From Trichoplax adhaerens (taxonomy: Eukaryota > Animalia > Placozoa), in assembly GCF_000150275.1 (NCBI RefSeq), contig NW_002060946.1, positions 2,003,454-2,067,453 of the forward strand: DNA of 64,000 bases, given 5' to 3'. The notes beneath the pieces were generated by a model. That model was not told where the DNA came from, ran no database searches, and saw only the letters and a list, made by a program, of their open reading frames with translations. Each line of letters opens with the position of its first letter. The first letter of the stretch is position 1. Position numbers and translations under genes: made by a program. Shown piece after piece: positions 1-14,900 of the stretch.

Positions 1-650
1 CATGGCTTATGGTAGACTTGCAAACTTTCTGCTATCGTTCTTGGTAATTAATTTAACACCTGTAAAATTACAACCACGAGCTATCTAGCTCGATGCGTAA
101 TATCTCTGCTAATTACTGTATTACCTTGCATCAATAGAGGAAATCCAAAATTATCCTACGAATATACGCGTACAAATGTACTTTACGTGTAAATTCTTGT
201 TCAACAACTAGATTAGCGCTTTTCATAGTAGAAAAAGAAATAATCACTTTTATTTCTCATGACTTATGCTAGGCTTGCAATCCTCCTGCTATCGTTCTTG
301 ATACATTAATTAATTAATTAAATCTTAAGGACAAAATCATTCTTAGGAATGGCCGTAACATATACGCATAATTATAATTATTGTCCTGCATCGAATAAGA
401 ATCCAAAGCTGTTCTATATACAAACATTCTTTACGTACGCATATATTCTTGTTCAGCAGATAGATTAGCGCTTTCCATAGTAGAAACAACACAATCACTT
501 TTATTTCTAATTGTTTATGGTAGACTTATAAATCTGCTATCGCTCTTGATATATTAGTAAGTACGTCTAGAATTACAATCACTAGTTATCCCTAGCTAGA
601 TGCGTAACATCTCTGCTAATAATTATCCTACATCATATCGGAAATCCAAA
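1..650. repeat. Degenerate tandem repeat, ~255-bp unit, about 2.5 copies (may continue left of the window)
   Basis: 'ttatggtagacttgcaaa..ctgctatcgttcttg' recurs near 7, 265 and 515; 'tagattagcgcttt.catagtagaaa' recurs near 209 and 461. Confidence 0.85.
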
Positions 651-3009
651 ACTGCAAGGCAAATGATAATAATCAAGCGAGACCTCTGAATCATCTAAAG
701 CAGTTTAAGAAATGTGAAATTTTATAAGGTAATACAGCAATTGCAAATTTGATTTTAGATCATGATCATCTTCTAATTTATACGAGGCATTTTCAGATTA
801 TATGCGTATTAATATTAAAGAAGGAATGAATTATGATATAAATTATATCGAAACCTCCATAGGCCTAAAGATTTAGCGGAAGTTTAATTTCAATTAACTA
901 AAATTAATAAAAGAATATGTGTCCTTATATGACATATCTATAACATCTACATGTCTACATGGCATGCTGTGGTAATTAACATATTAAGATATTTTCTTCG
1001 TTGCACTTCTCTTCAGGCTAAAGCTACAGCGAATTCAATAATTAATGTTATTGCCAGGGGGATAAATTTATGGTTAAAACTAATGAAATCCTTTTTACGA
1101 TCAGCTGATGATCCAACGAATCTTGATATCAATCTGTACTGAAATGTGAAGTACTGTAAATTATCTTAATTTTCTTATTATTGTATCTCTTAATTGCGAG
1201 GCGATAAAGATCGGTCATTGTTTCCTTATTATTCGAATAATCTTTCGACTATATGAAATTGAAAGTCATGATATTATTGCAACCTTCACATTTTATCTGA
1301 TAAATAACTTATCATCGACTAATATCGAAGAAGGTCATTCTGCTATCATAACCAAAATTTACAATTCTTTTAGATTTAGGTCTTTGTATTTATATAACTC
1401 ATGCAAATAACATGATCAAGATCAGTTAGTATTTTATAAACTAATAACTATTGGCGTATCTTAACTTAATAAAGTAATGCTACAGGCATATTGTTATTGC
1501 TGTAGGAAATGACGTTTTAGTATATACGCATAATTATAATAGATAGCCTGCTGCCTATAATTGATCTCAATTTTAGTGTTATTATCGAATAATGGTGGAC
1601 TATTTTATTTATGTATATCCGGCATGCACGCATATTGTATAGCAAGGAATGATTATTAATAGTATTAATATTTAATGACGATGATGGTTATACGTCATAA
1701 TGATATTGAAATTACGCCTACATGATATAACAACATTTTAGTTATTCAATTACATCATAATTAGACCATACAATGCAACTGCCATTTAATTTTGTACATC
1801 TTAAAGTAGAGTTAGCGACATCAGCAACGAAAGGTATTGGTATATATGCCATAAGTGTTCGATCCATACACTGTAAAAGTCATGAGATATTCACAAATTT
1901 TATTACTTAAATCAATTTAAAGACAAAGTTTGTAATGAGGTTGTTCCATCGCTAGATGTGCAGTATTTTAGCAACTGCGAAATTTTTCCAAATTGGATAA
2001 ATGTCATCTAGAGATTATATGATTACACGATTTCTATTTTGGAGCATACGTGTATAGCATTAAAGTAATATTTTCGATCTGTAGTACAGGATTTTAGATA
2101 GCATTATAGCCTTCTAACCTGCTATGTATAATAATATGCATAGTGAGTAGTAAAAGGGAGTGTTTTGGTCATACCAGCATTTATATCATAGCCAAATGGT
2201 AAATGCAGAAAAACCCTTCAACAACTCGACTGATCCAGAAATCGTAAACTTTTTGAAGTTTTATCTAGTCCATATGGGACAAAATAAATGAATCAGATCA
2301 TGAATGAGAATGTCAATATATTTACAAAATAAGCATCATAAATCAAGCCAATAATTATAAATAATTGACTTCGTAAAGTAAAGCTAAAGAGAATATCCAA
2401 CACAGAGAGGTATCTGTGTGTGTCATTATACAGTACAGTATATACAGTTTAGCGTAAGTAGTTTACTTTGGATAGATGTTAGACATAGTTACATCGACGA
2501 AAAACAAGATCTTTCCTCTGTACGACATTCTTCGAGATTAGCCCTAGCAGGTAGGGTAGCTTTTGAATAATAATCATATAAAAAAATACTGTAGTTTTAG
2601 AATAATCTGTTTCATATAAAAATAATTGTAAATAAAATATTGAAGTAGACTATTTGATGTTTCCCATCGAGGAATTACAAAACAAAAATGAATTCTAAAG
2701 TAGTATTTAGATCAAATCGCTCAATTATTGCAAAAATCATTGTTACGCACACATCACCATTTGAAATATCCTTAATGGATAGACATCGAACAATTCTAAG
2801 CCAGTTCTATTTAGAGTTCACGGATTATTTAGCAAAGATAAAAATATCTCAAACAATAATAATGATAGCATTGGTAGCCAATCTATTACCAAGATGTATG
2901 ACAAGATTTTATGTTACTTGCAGTAACATAAAGTGTGAATCATTCTTGTATTCTTCAATGTAATTCTAAAAGAATCTAATTCTTGTCATGAGGACGAGGT
3001 CACTTCACT

Positions 3010-3567
3010 TCACTTTTTGGATTTTCCTTTCTTTTTTTTCTTTTTAGACGCACCCTGCCATTCAAATCCTCGACTAGTTAAAAATTCAGCAGCACTATGG
3101 CATATGTAATAAGCGTTTAGCATAGCAGCAGGACTCTTGATATCGACAACAGGTTCGGGTGGTTTGCTACTTTTAGCCGATTTACGCCCCTTCTTTGTCG
3201 AACCTTTACGCTTAAGTTTTGGACTACCCGTTGTTGTTCGACGACGTACAGTCGGTGATGGGCTTCTAGAACTATTACTTTTACGAGTAGCACCAGATGG
3301 TGCACTCTTGACTTTTTTAGTTACTTTCTTAGTTTTTTTCTAGTAGGAAAAAATCCAACAACAGCGGCGAAAATCAAAATAAAACTTTTTTTCAGCTTAT
3401 TATTACTAATCTTCTATCAACTATCGACTTTTATAACATTAGATTTAACTTTAAGAATATTTATATAGTAACATATACACTGATATCCAATTGTAAATGG
3501 GTTTAATATAATATTATCAAAGATCTATTTTAACCGTTTCTCTTACCTTAGGAGTAGTAGTAGGCAT
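3010..3567 (-). CDS. SMKR1: Small lysine-rich protein 1 orthologue, 116 aa, 2 exons (3567-3547, 3339-3010), with a long basic N-terminal extension
   Basis: Not in the ORF track. Splicing MPTTTPK|gtaag...tag| gives KKTKKVTKK...KPPEPVVDIKSPAAMLNAYYICHSAAEFLTSRGFEWQGASKKKKKKGKSKK*. This matches the recalled human SMKR1 core [35 protein letters not shown]. Confidence 0.9.
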
Positions 3568-3686
3568 ATTTCGTCGTGATGGATATTAGTTGTTGATTCT
3601 ATCCTTTTCTCTTTTAGTAGTAATCGCGTTATTGAAGTAGAGAGAGAGGTTAACTTACTCTTAGATGACGAAAAGAATGCATTATA

Positions 3687-3700
3687 GTTACCATAGCAAC
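3687..3700. promoter_or_regulatory. RFX X-box upstream of SMKR1
   Basis: GTTACCATAGCAAC fits the X-box consensus GTNRCC-N(0-3)-RGYAAC and lies 120 bp upstream of the SMKR1 ATG. Confidence 0.75.
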
Positions 3701-4509
3701 TATTGCAAGCTAGTTAGGCTGTATAAGCTGTAGCGATAGAAATGAATAAATTAAATTAAAAACAATCTATGTAAATAGTTCATAATTAATTCAATCGATA
3801 CAAATGTATCTCTTTCCTTTCTTCCAATATGCAATTTATACAATATCAAGTACCACAGTCTATAGAAATTGCATGATTGAAATACGATTATCTTGAAGTC
3901 AATCTTGATATGATATTTTCTTTAAAACGTAATTTTCCATGGAAGGCTTATACAAGGCGTAGTTATATAGGATTGAGTTACGTAAATCTAACCAATATCA
4001 GTGTAGACTCTTAATATCAAAGATAAATAGTAATTAGTGAAGATAGCTTTGTCATGATATTTCCTTCTGATGCTATCCATAGCATACGGTTAATATTCTA
4101 TATCAGGTTTATTTACGGGAGCGCAAGTACAAACAGAAATTTTCATGTAATAAAATAGATATGGCCAGTATCCAGATAGACTTATGATATATTGGAGAGG
4201 AGTATTAATAAGGTGATCGCTTTCTACTGGTCTCTGCGCATTGGTTGATTTTCCTTAAATTATTTTATTTAAATTACTTTTTTATAAATGGTTCAGCCAA
4301 ATATCTACTGGCATGTCATGTTATAGTAACAAAAAATATTTACAATGAGCTTCACACTAGTTAAATAGCATGGATATATCCATAGAATAATCATTACTAT
4401 ACTAGAATTCATTAAGGAGAGCATCTGATATGGAGAAGCAAGTTATGTTTTCTTCTATTAATAAAATATCGTTTCGATTTTGTTACAAGATTACTGTAGA
4501 AGCATTTTA

Positions 4510-4980
4510 AATAGAGCTATTTATCGCTATCACTTGGATTATCGTAAAAATTTACACTAGATCAATCCTAAGACATTTTATGCTAGGTACGAATAAGGGA
4601 ACAGTAGTAAGGCGCACAGTTGCATGAATTTTTTGTTGATTCCTAAATGATATTTGGAATCTAAGTAAGCAATACTGTAGTCCCTATCTTTTCTAGCTTT
4701 GATATAAAGCTGAACTAATCATATGTCGCGTTGATTTCGTTCAATTATTAGAAACAATTTAAATACAGTTATTTACCACTATCGCTTAGATTATCGCGAA
4801 ATTTTACATTAGACCAATCTTAAGACGTTGATACTAGTTCGTAATTAGAACAGGAGAGCAGTAGCTAGATCGCAAAATGCACAATAACATGAAATTTTCG
4901 CTAATTCCTAAATGATAATTGGAATCATAGTGATACTGTAGTCCCTATCTTTTCTAGTTCTAATCTAAAACTGAACTATA
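4510..4980. repeat. Two-copy degenerate direct repeat, ~250-bp period
   Basis: 'tatcacttggattatcgtaaaaatttacactagatcaatcctaagac' (~4528) matches 'tatcgcttagattatcgcgaaattttacattagaccaatcttaagac' (~4780); 'atactgtagtccctatcttttctag' occurs at ~4672 and ~4933. Confidence 0.8.
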
Positions 4981-5901
4981 ACAACTACCTCCTCACCTAC
5001 ACGAAAAATAAGGGTATAAATTGCTTTAAAATGAAAAGGTAAATAGCTATATTGCATGATCACGCGTATTAATATGGCTAGAGAACCTATTTAATTTAAT
5101 CTGCTGGAACAGTTTATGGTGTACACTAACTCTTCTGAGAAATACCTTGCCGCTATATGTTTATCGTTTTATGGATTCAGAATGCAGATAAATTATTTTG
5201 GTAGTCTTCTAACAAATTACTATAGATGACATCTTTAATCTAGCATCTAAAGCTCTATTTACAGACACTTAGTTGATAAACTTATGTCATGAAACCTTGC
5301 AGTTATTAAAAGAACGTGGTTCACGCTATATCGAAATAATGAAATAGATACTCCATATAATCTATGAATAAGCATTTAAAAATGCCTGCAAAACATTAAG
5401 TTTGTTCATTGTAAATGTTATACAGTAGAGTAGAACGCTTAACGAAGAAGAATTTTTAACGTAGCTAAAGGTGGAAATAAGTAAAACAAAGAACTCCTAA
5501 AATTGTTAATAATTGTTGATGATGTTTACTGACTTCGCTTAAAAATCTATGAGTAAACTCGGGGCTAGAAAAATTTTATTTTCGCTAAATTTTTCAGCTA
5601 TATACAAATATCAACATGATTTAAATTCTATAGATTACAAATATTGGTTGATTATTTTAAAATTTTTGCAATATGCATTTGATTAATTACAGCAAAAGTA
5701 AATCTCCATAATCATACTTTAAAAACATTAATACAAGCTTCATTTTTAATCATTTCACGTTAAACTAACTACATCGTATTATGGATGCCGAGTACACTTA
5801 AATAGTACATCGATAAACAGATATACTTTACTCTTAATATTAGCAAAGATACAACGGAAACAGATTATGCTTATTTATTATTTTAAGTTAAAACTTCGTA
5901 A

Positions 5902-8900
5902 TTATGACTGGCTATTTGATTTACGGCAAAATGGGCACTGTTGATTTTGCAGCTGAAGAAGTTCGTAATCTTCCGTCAAGTAGATCTATAAAAGCAATAA
6001 GTTGAGTCACTCTTTCATAATTTTAAGAATAGGGTTTACTCTTACACTAACTAATGGCTAAAATTAGTGCTGTATATCCATTTAGATTTTAAACTCGCTT
6101 GAGTAAGTGGATATTAACAAGAAATAAAAATTTGATGGCTATAATTGAATTTCAATTATTTCATATTACTTACATGTTGACAATATGGACAAACAGTTAT
6201 GGAAACACTATCCAGCATCAGTTTATAATATCGATATTTTAATGGCAAGGGCCATTTTTGGATGATGACTTCGTTCTTATTTAATTTTTGTAATTGCGAA
6301 TGATTGAGTTGGATAGCAACAAATTCTGATCCTCCTTGCTATAAAATAAGTCATACATGATAAATTTAATAAAAATTTTTCTGCTGGACTAGTCGATGTA
6401 CTTTAATAAACATAATAGTAAATTTTCATAAGACTTACCTCAAACGTTGTCATCTTTGTTGAAAACGGATCAGAAGTGTCGCCAATTTCTTCCTGTACAC
6501 TGTCATCAAGGCGTAATGTCTGAACAGCTAATTAGAGGTTAAGTAAAACATTGTAAACAAAACACTTCAAAAGGGTACTTTTAAGTTGAAAACCTAAGAC
6601 TAGAATCCTGCAGTGATGGCTGTGACGATATCTTGTGACTTAACAGAAGATTTGTTACATAAAGAAGGCTAGAATTGGACTTTACTACTTCCCTATATGG
6701 ATCTTAAAGTCTATACAACTAAAATTTAAAACCATGTCATTATCACATAGTTGTAGCGCATAGCTACCCAAGAAATTGAGATCTAAAATATCCGATCCAA
6801 TCTCACTGTGTACTATAGTACTTCATAAATTGAATAATTTATAAAACTCTACGTTATTATATTATCAGAAAACCAAACTAACTTTTAAATCTTGCGTAAG
6901 ATATAGCAAATAAAATTAGATCCTACGTAATACTCCAATATGAAAAAAATTATTTGATATCACTTTTGGTAACGATTGGATACATTCCGATTCCTGCTCT
7001 TTCCATTCACGACCTTTCTTTTCTTTTCGCACACCAAAATCTTGCTCAATATATTTAACAGCTTCATCATCACTTATACCATCTTCTAGGATAAATTCTA
7101 CTAATGGCAATACTTCAAAGGTATTAAATGAGTTGACAAAAGGTTGTTGGCAATTGATACAGCGATTGCCTTTGCTGTTGAGTAATGGATTGGTTGTAAA
7201 ACAACGGTAGCACAAGGGTAATAATTCGTCAGAATCTTGAAAGGGTTTTGATCTGATTGTTACACTACCTAAATCGACAATTTCTTGCAGCTCACGAGGT
7301 AATTTTAAGGATTGCAATTTATCATAGGCATGTCGAGCTAATTTATAAGCAGCTAAATTTCTTCCTTGCTTCGCTAATGCGAATAATGTAAAAACACGCG
7401 AAATACCAACAGGTAAATCACTCGAAAAAGTCTGTAGTAGATAACGAGCTTGATTAAAGATTGCTTCTGGTTGCATGGAAGTAAACGGCTCTTCAATAAA
7501 GCGATGAATATTGTGATACAAGAAATACATTTCAGCTTTTTGATAGTACTGCTTAAATTTGGTTGCGAATAACTGGATATTTTTCTCTATAATATTTAAG
7601 AAAAAATATTTTCCTTATATTAATACTAATAACATGGTTATTGAACAACGAAAATTACTGCTATTCTCAAAGAATTGTAGTAGCATTTACCAGAGATCGC
7701 TCTAAGCTGTTCTCGAGGGATTACAGAAAATATAACAACATATATTATTGCTATCTTCGAATAAGTATAGTAGCAAGAGCAACAGAGACCAATGCTCATC
7801 TTGATGAATTATAGCAATCACATAAACAAAAACCATTGCTATTGAAGAAATTGTATAGATTGGAGAAGAGGGATCACTACCGTTCTGGACAATCCGACTT
7901 ACCATTCAGTTTATTATCCTTCGTCATATCCAGGCACTGTGAAGCCAATAGCCAGAAATAATAACCCGTATCGGAGAATCTATAGTAAACAATCACGTTA
8001 ATGGTACCACTACAGCATTACTACAGGCTGAGCAAACTAGTTTATATTTTCAGTTTAAGATTTTATTACGACTATAATTGGTTGTGTAGGAATCTGGCTT
8101 AAAATAATATTTAATGTACCTCGATTCTAAGACAGCATTATGAGTTAACTGTTCCAAGACTCTGAAAGCTTCTTTCTTTCTTCCGGCTTCGTAAAATGCT
8201 AACGTTGTTGAAGAATAGCCAATAGCTAAATCAATCTATTTACATACGCTTTATGATACTATAAGGTCCATGATAAAAATTTAGTTGGCCATCTAGCTTA
8301 AACTTTACTAGAAAGATAGTGTAGAATGACTAACTTACCCCGCTGTGCTTCTTCAAATTTATCATTCTCCGCTAGCCACGTAGCATAAGGGACATAAATT
8401 TCATCCTATATATCAAATAATTCAGTGAGATTCGTTATAAATTAGTAATAAATTATAGGTATGGAAATTAAGAAAAATCATAAAACGTTGTATCTATATC
8501 ATAATGTCATCTACTAGCGAATAACTATCATTTACTCATTACATGCATAGTTTAAGATACTGATTTACATGCAAATTCTATTTACCTTCAGTTGCGGATT
8601 ATTTTTAGCTAATTCAAAAGCCTGAAAATTAAAAATAATTATATATAAAATGAGTATCGCACTAGGTAGCTATCATCTGAAGTATTTGCTTATATTTTTG
8701 ACTATCATGATTTACCTCCGTCCATTTTCGTGAATCGATATATAATTTTGCTAGCGCTTTAGAATCGCCAATTTTATTGAGAACTTCGGCAGCATAAACG
8801 GCCTAGAATATAATCCGAAGTAATTACAGTATATTATTCAAGAGTATCGATAGCAGTAGGTGAGAGACATTATACCGTCTCATACTCTACCGCAATTGAC

Positions 8901-11900
8901 TAATTTTTTTTAACTCTTACTTGTCCTAGCTTTTCGAGGTAGGAAGCACATAGCTTTAGCGGTTCAACATCTGCCTTATTTAGTTGCCGAGAGATTTCTA
9001 CAAGTCTGTTTGTAATAGTAACGAAATGCGTTAAGATATCAATTTCAAATTCCGAAATTCACGGCGAATAGTTCAGCATAGAACGTAAAATTATTTACTT
9101 ATCGCCCCAGCCATTTTGCCCAATAATATCAATCGCTTTGCAATATTCTCCTGCTGCTAGATACATCTCGCTGTTAATTAAAGTAAAATAATCCATAAAA
9201 TAGCTATCTTTGTCAGAAAGATACTGATTCTTCACTTCATATTGCTTTTCGTCTCCTCATAAAAATTTCTATTTATTAATCACAGAATTTAGTATACGGC
9301 ACCTGGCAGCTTTTGGATCATCTGTTGTTGAGCACCATTCAGCCTGCTTTTTCATGATCTTCTTCACGTTCAAAGGATCAGTATGGACGACATATTCCTA
9401 ATAATCGCCAAGAAAAAGAACGACCATGAAATAACAACCATAAAACAATAGATGGATATGCTGTAAAATATTAATCTATTACCTTTGCATGTTCGAATTG
9501 CCGAAGATCAGTAAACATATCTACAGCCTGTATATTATACCAATGATGATTAGTTACTTTTAAACCTATATACGTGCGCTAGCTCATGTAATACCTTATC
9601 TTCATTTCCAGTCTTCTTATACAATCGAGCAGCTTCTTGAAATTTACCCTATTAATTGCATAAAGTGAAAATGAACAAGGAAATTATAATCCTTCTCGAT
9701 TAGATATGTTACGAAGTAGTAGTGAAATTATACCATTAAACTGTAAACAGAGATAAATAGAAATTGTATTTCTGATTTTTAAATTGTAATGACCTGGTAG
9801 GCATAAATATCGGCACGAAATAGATCGTCATTATTTTCACCTCTCTTTTTACGCTCCTTAAGGTAAGATTATAATGCAAAATTAAGCATGTGAAACTGAC
9901 AATTAGTGTATTTTTATCATACAGCAATAAATAAATGTTGCAACTAGTTGTGCAGCCTAGAAAATCACCTCAATATTATGAATTAACTGTAGAAAGCAGA
10001 AATCTCGAATTCGGATAAAGGACTTCTTTGCAATATCAAAATTTAGGGACTATATGTGAAAATTAAATTACATTGTGTATTGAGCCTTAGTTATTTTGTT
10101 AATATGCGATATTATACTTAATTCAAGAAAGCATCCCAGCGTAATTTTTAATATCGATTATATAGAAACCTCTATAGCATCCATAGCTAAGTTTCTCCAG
10201 TCTGGATCTGTAACTCCTAAACAGGCAACTTTATATGCGTTCCTAAAGTCGAGAAAGATACGCGATGTACAATGATTAGCTTAAAAGTCTTAAAGCACTC
10301 TATATAAAATTTTTTTGATCTACTTACGCGAAATCTTTCTTTTCTAGATATTGGTACATCGCTGCAGACTGTATAAATAAATGATGCTACTCGTTAAATT
10401 CAATCTTGTTGTAAAGTACACTTATATTCACTTCATTGAGCTATTCGAATGGTTTACCTGCGGAACATCTATAGCTGACATGGAGTAAATATGTAAGCAG
10501 TAGATTTTAGATCCATTAAAGCCTACAACAAAACCCTATCAAAGTAGTGATATAACTATTAGTGTCGCGATAGATTTTAGTGCAGAATTGAATTGCAATG
10601 CTTTCGCATAATAAGAGACCTGTAACTTTTGTAGATGAGGAGGAAATATATTAGCTTTAATACATAGCGTCCCATTTCCAGAGAAACAGAGCATATCCTA
10701 AGTTTTTAATAAGATTTGATCAATATCTTGAAAATTAAAACTGAAATATATAAACTTGTCAAGTATACTGTAACTTACATCGTTTTGTATATTCCACGAC
10801 ACACTATTCGCATTAGGTTCCTATATACATATTTAATAGTAATAATTAATTCGAGAATTTATACATCCAGGAAATTTAAAATTGATGTAATAGACTCTTG
10901 AAAGATGTGTTAATCGAGAATGAACTAGTATTGATAAAAAATGTTAATACCTGATATAGTAATTCTTTAGTTGCTACATCATATACTAAACAAGTGCTGT
11001 GCTCATCCACCACGGCTAATTTAGTATGCCTGATTAATTATATTATTAAAATTAGAAATTATTTTTGGGAGGCGAGGGGCACATTATATCGGGTTAACTT
11101 AAAATTTCTGTTCGAAAGTTAAGAATTTACTGCAGAGTACTATTTACATTGGACTAATATCCAAACATCGGACAGAAGTTTGCTGCTTTAAGGCAGTAAG
11201 TGGAAATGGATTATTGATAAAAATTTTCATAATCTATTAGAATGAGAAAGCAATATTGGCTAATGTTAAATTATTAATCAGCTTTATTTATATATTAATA
11301 CATATATACAACAGTTTCGTAAGAAATAATGCCGATAGCAAATCGGCCAATATCGATAGAATTCTATCATACCAAGCCGTTCTTCAGACCAACAAGAAGA
11401 ACTTCACGGCCAGTTGGTCCGCCTATGACTTTAATGTAACGAATTAAAGATTCCATTACCCATTCTCTGTTATAAGGAAAGGGTATAGATAATAATTTAA
11501 ATGTCAACGAAAAAAAACTTTGCTAACTCCATTTATATTAAAGATCTGGATACTTTTATTACCTTTCTTTGATTCCAGCAAAATTATAGCACTGCAATCT
11601 CTTTTCCTATATCGGTTAAGTTTTCAAATTGATGAGATAAGTATCGTCTTATTTACGAATGTTTTAATATAATTTTTATTATTATTTAGATGATTTTTCT
11701 TTCGAGATAGATTAATCAACAAACCTGACATAAGACAAAATGGCGGGCGCATACAACGAGTAAGTTGCAATCAAATTTCTTATTGATTCTTTCCTATTTT
11801 TTTTCAATCGAATTAACCATAGATATGAGAACAAATGTTTAAGTTTTAAAATTGATAGTTCAGTTTTTACTTAAAATATTCCAATGTATCAATCCAAAAT

Positions 11901-14900
11901 TGTAGATCTATCTGAATACAAACTGAGACAACCGTATGTACAGTATACGATTATATTAAGCAGTTATTTATCCAGTGTTGGATGTAGCTACATTTATTTT
12001 AGGATATTTCTATACAAAACTAGTTACATTTAGCTATAGAAGAATCAATTTATCGAAGTAATAAGCTTGGCTTCTATCGCTGTATCTCCAAACAAACTTG
12101 GATACAGACTAATATGCTTACTTTTACGCGATACTGCATATCATTTTCATCATCAGCAATCAATTCGTAGATGACAATCTTCTCAGGTAATTGAACCTTA
12201 ATATTTCAGAAAAGATTTGCTAATTACTTTATTTTACCTCTTTATAATGTTTAAAAATTGTAAATTTATCTGAAAGTGTAATAACCGAGAGCTTTTGCTT
12301 GTAGATTGCAATCTTCTTAACCAAGTCGCGGCATTTAATTCGAACTAGTAGAAGAAAAAAGACAAAATTTTATTAGCTAAATGAAAAATATATCGCTGGC
12401 AAGAATATTCCAACAAATAGATTATCCCTAAAACTTAAAGATTGTTCATCTATTTATAATATTATCTATTCTATAGGATAGTTAATATTAAAAGTGATAA
12501 TTTAAATAGGAAAATGTGACTCACCTCTTAGGTCTGTAGTCAAATTTTGAATGATGACATCGGTCATATTCTCTCGAAAAGCGTATCTAATATAAATTAT
12601 ACAGTATGATTTGATGTTATTAATTGCCGATACATTCGGTACGATGTGCATAATAGTTTTCCAATGTATTATTATTTAATATCAAATATAAATTTTAGGT
12701 GGTTAGCACGAATAATACAGGAAAAATCAGTTGCACTACCTGTCTCGGTAAAGTCCATGGACTGTACTAAAGAGTAATTGATAATATGCGATAGTCCCAT
12801 CTTGACATCCGACAGCCTATTATTGCGGAGTAATTTTTGAATACCACTCATGTTTAAACATCCGATATTTTACATTAAGATATATAGGATAGCATACCAC
12901 AAAATTCTGATCTGGCTTTACTTTGCAGCACCAGATCCATGACTGCTGCTCAGCAAATGATGTTAATTTTATTCCTTGCGTTGAGCATAAATTAACCTGT
13001 TAAAATAACAGAAATTAACTTCTTTGAATATGAATTATTACGCTTACGTAATGATACTGTAATTTACATATAATTATTTTTGTTTTACCTGATTATTTGA
13101 ACCGCCAATCAAAGTATACTCTCCTTTTGAGAAATATGTTATACAGCAAGCATCAAAACCTAATGATCGATTTTTCCCAATCTATAAGTGAATGAACGAA
13201 AATTTTGCGGGTTGTGACAGGTTGTTAGTAAACAATAATTTCAGGTTAGATTTTATTTAATAATCTGGTACAATTTTTTAAATAGATTGCATTTACATGA
13301 ACAAACCTGTCTTCCACTCAGTTGATAAAATGATAGATTTTGACCCCAGTCGCAAACACAAAGAGTATCTGGCTCATCTCTAATTGAATGATTCGACAAC
13401 AGAATGTTAAGGATGTGTAGTTAAAATACGATTTCTGTTCGATAGTTTGAAGGCATTATAAAAAATCACTGACTTATTTGGGTTCCAGCTTAAGCACCAG
13501 ACTGGCGGCGAGTTTGGTCGATCAATTTTAACCTTTTCTTCACCAAGCTAGGAAAATAAAGATAGATTGTTAGTTCGCAAGTCATATGAAACAATAACTG
13601 AGAATTTTTTATATCGCTTTAAACTTCGTACCTTATTTCTTATACTAATGTTACCATTATGTAATCCTAATGCAAGATATTGGCCATCATTGGTCCAACT
13701 ATAAAATAACAAAGAAAATTGCTTAAAAAGTCTTCATCTCATTTTTATATCTAATCACTCTCTTACCCGCAACATGTGATTCTTGAGTTACAGCGGTGTT
13801 TCGACACGGATTTTTGCTCGGGTGACCATAAACCTGTTGTTAATGTAGATTTTGTAACCATCACTACTAGATTTGTGAGATTATTATCGCTTAAAGTAGA
13901 TTAAATTATACCGAAATCGGTAATAGCGCAACTTGTTAATTGATTCGTCACTGGATTATAGGACAAACACTGAATAGCATCATTGTGACTGGAAATTGAA
14001 AATTTATATTGTCATTAGGAATAGAGAATTATATCACTTAGGCCCTAAATTAAAATCTGATGCATGCTGCTGGTAGATTGTATAACTTACGTATATTTAA
14101 GAATGCCTTCTAGTTTACATGTCCATATAATAACACATTTATCAGCTCCGCCTGATGCAAATCTCTTACCTAATAAATAACGAGTATAGAGAGAAAAAAT
14201 AAGGAGATGATATTATGTTGTAGGTCATACACTTGAGTAGATAAAATGATACTAATCCATTTCACATTATGCCGTATAAAGATATAAGTAGATGCATTGG
14301 TAGATTAACTTTAACTTGCTCGATAATCGATTACAAATATATATATATATATAACATACAAGTAATACCACAGTTATAAATCCATGATGAATGTAATATG
14401 TATTTTAAATCGATAGAGATTAAAGACTTACCGTCACCGGCATAAGCAACACAGTAGACTGTGTCTTTGTGGCCTTTCAACGGTTGTAGTAAAGTTCCAT
14501 CATTAGTGTCATAAACCTGAAATGGTTCAAATTAAAAAAAAAAATTAAATGGAATCTAAGTTAAATCCGTTTGTATTTGTTATATTACCCTAAATAAAAA
14601 TCTATCATAATTATAGTTGATAGTATCATGATAAATTATCGTTGTTATGATAATAAAGTATGTAAATGAGATTATAAAAAACCATGTTATCAAGTTTATA
14701 GCTTATAGCCTAATTGGTAAAAGCTATATGCGTATTTATTAACTAATTTGAAAATTTTATTATATTTGCTGTTGAATGTTTCTATATCTTACCAAAACAC
14801 GATTTCCCGCTGCAACAATCAGTTGAGTCCCATCAGGTCGAAAACACATATCATAAATACTGTAATAAATAATAATAGTAAAAGTTACAATAAAACGTGA

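Noticed and set aside
951-2963. ORFs 951-1142 and 2688-2963
   Set aside because: They are short, AT-rich and show no homology I recognise; the region may instead be the 5' flank of a gene beyond the window edge.
3117-3343. ORF-track entries 3117-3305 (-) and 3137-3343 (+)
   Set aside because: They are an alternative frame and an antisense shadow of SMKR1 exon 2.
7702-7905. 67-aa same-strand ORF inside IFT122
   Set aside because: It begins at an exon's donor site (ATG|gtaag) and lies in the intron; the flanking exons account for the IFT122 sequence.
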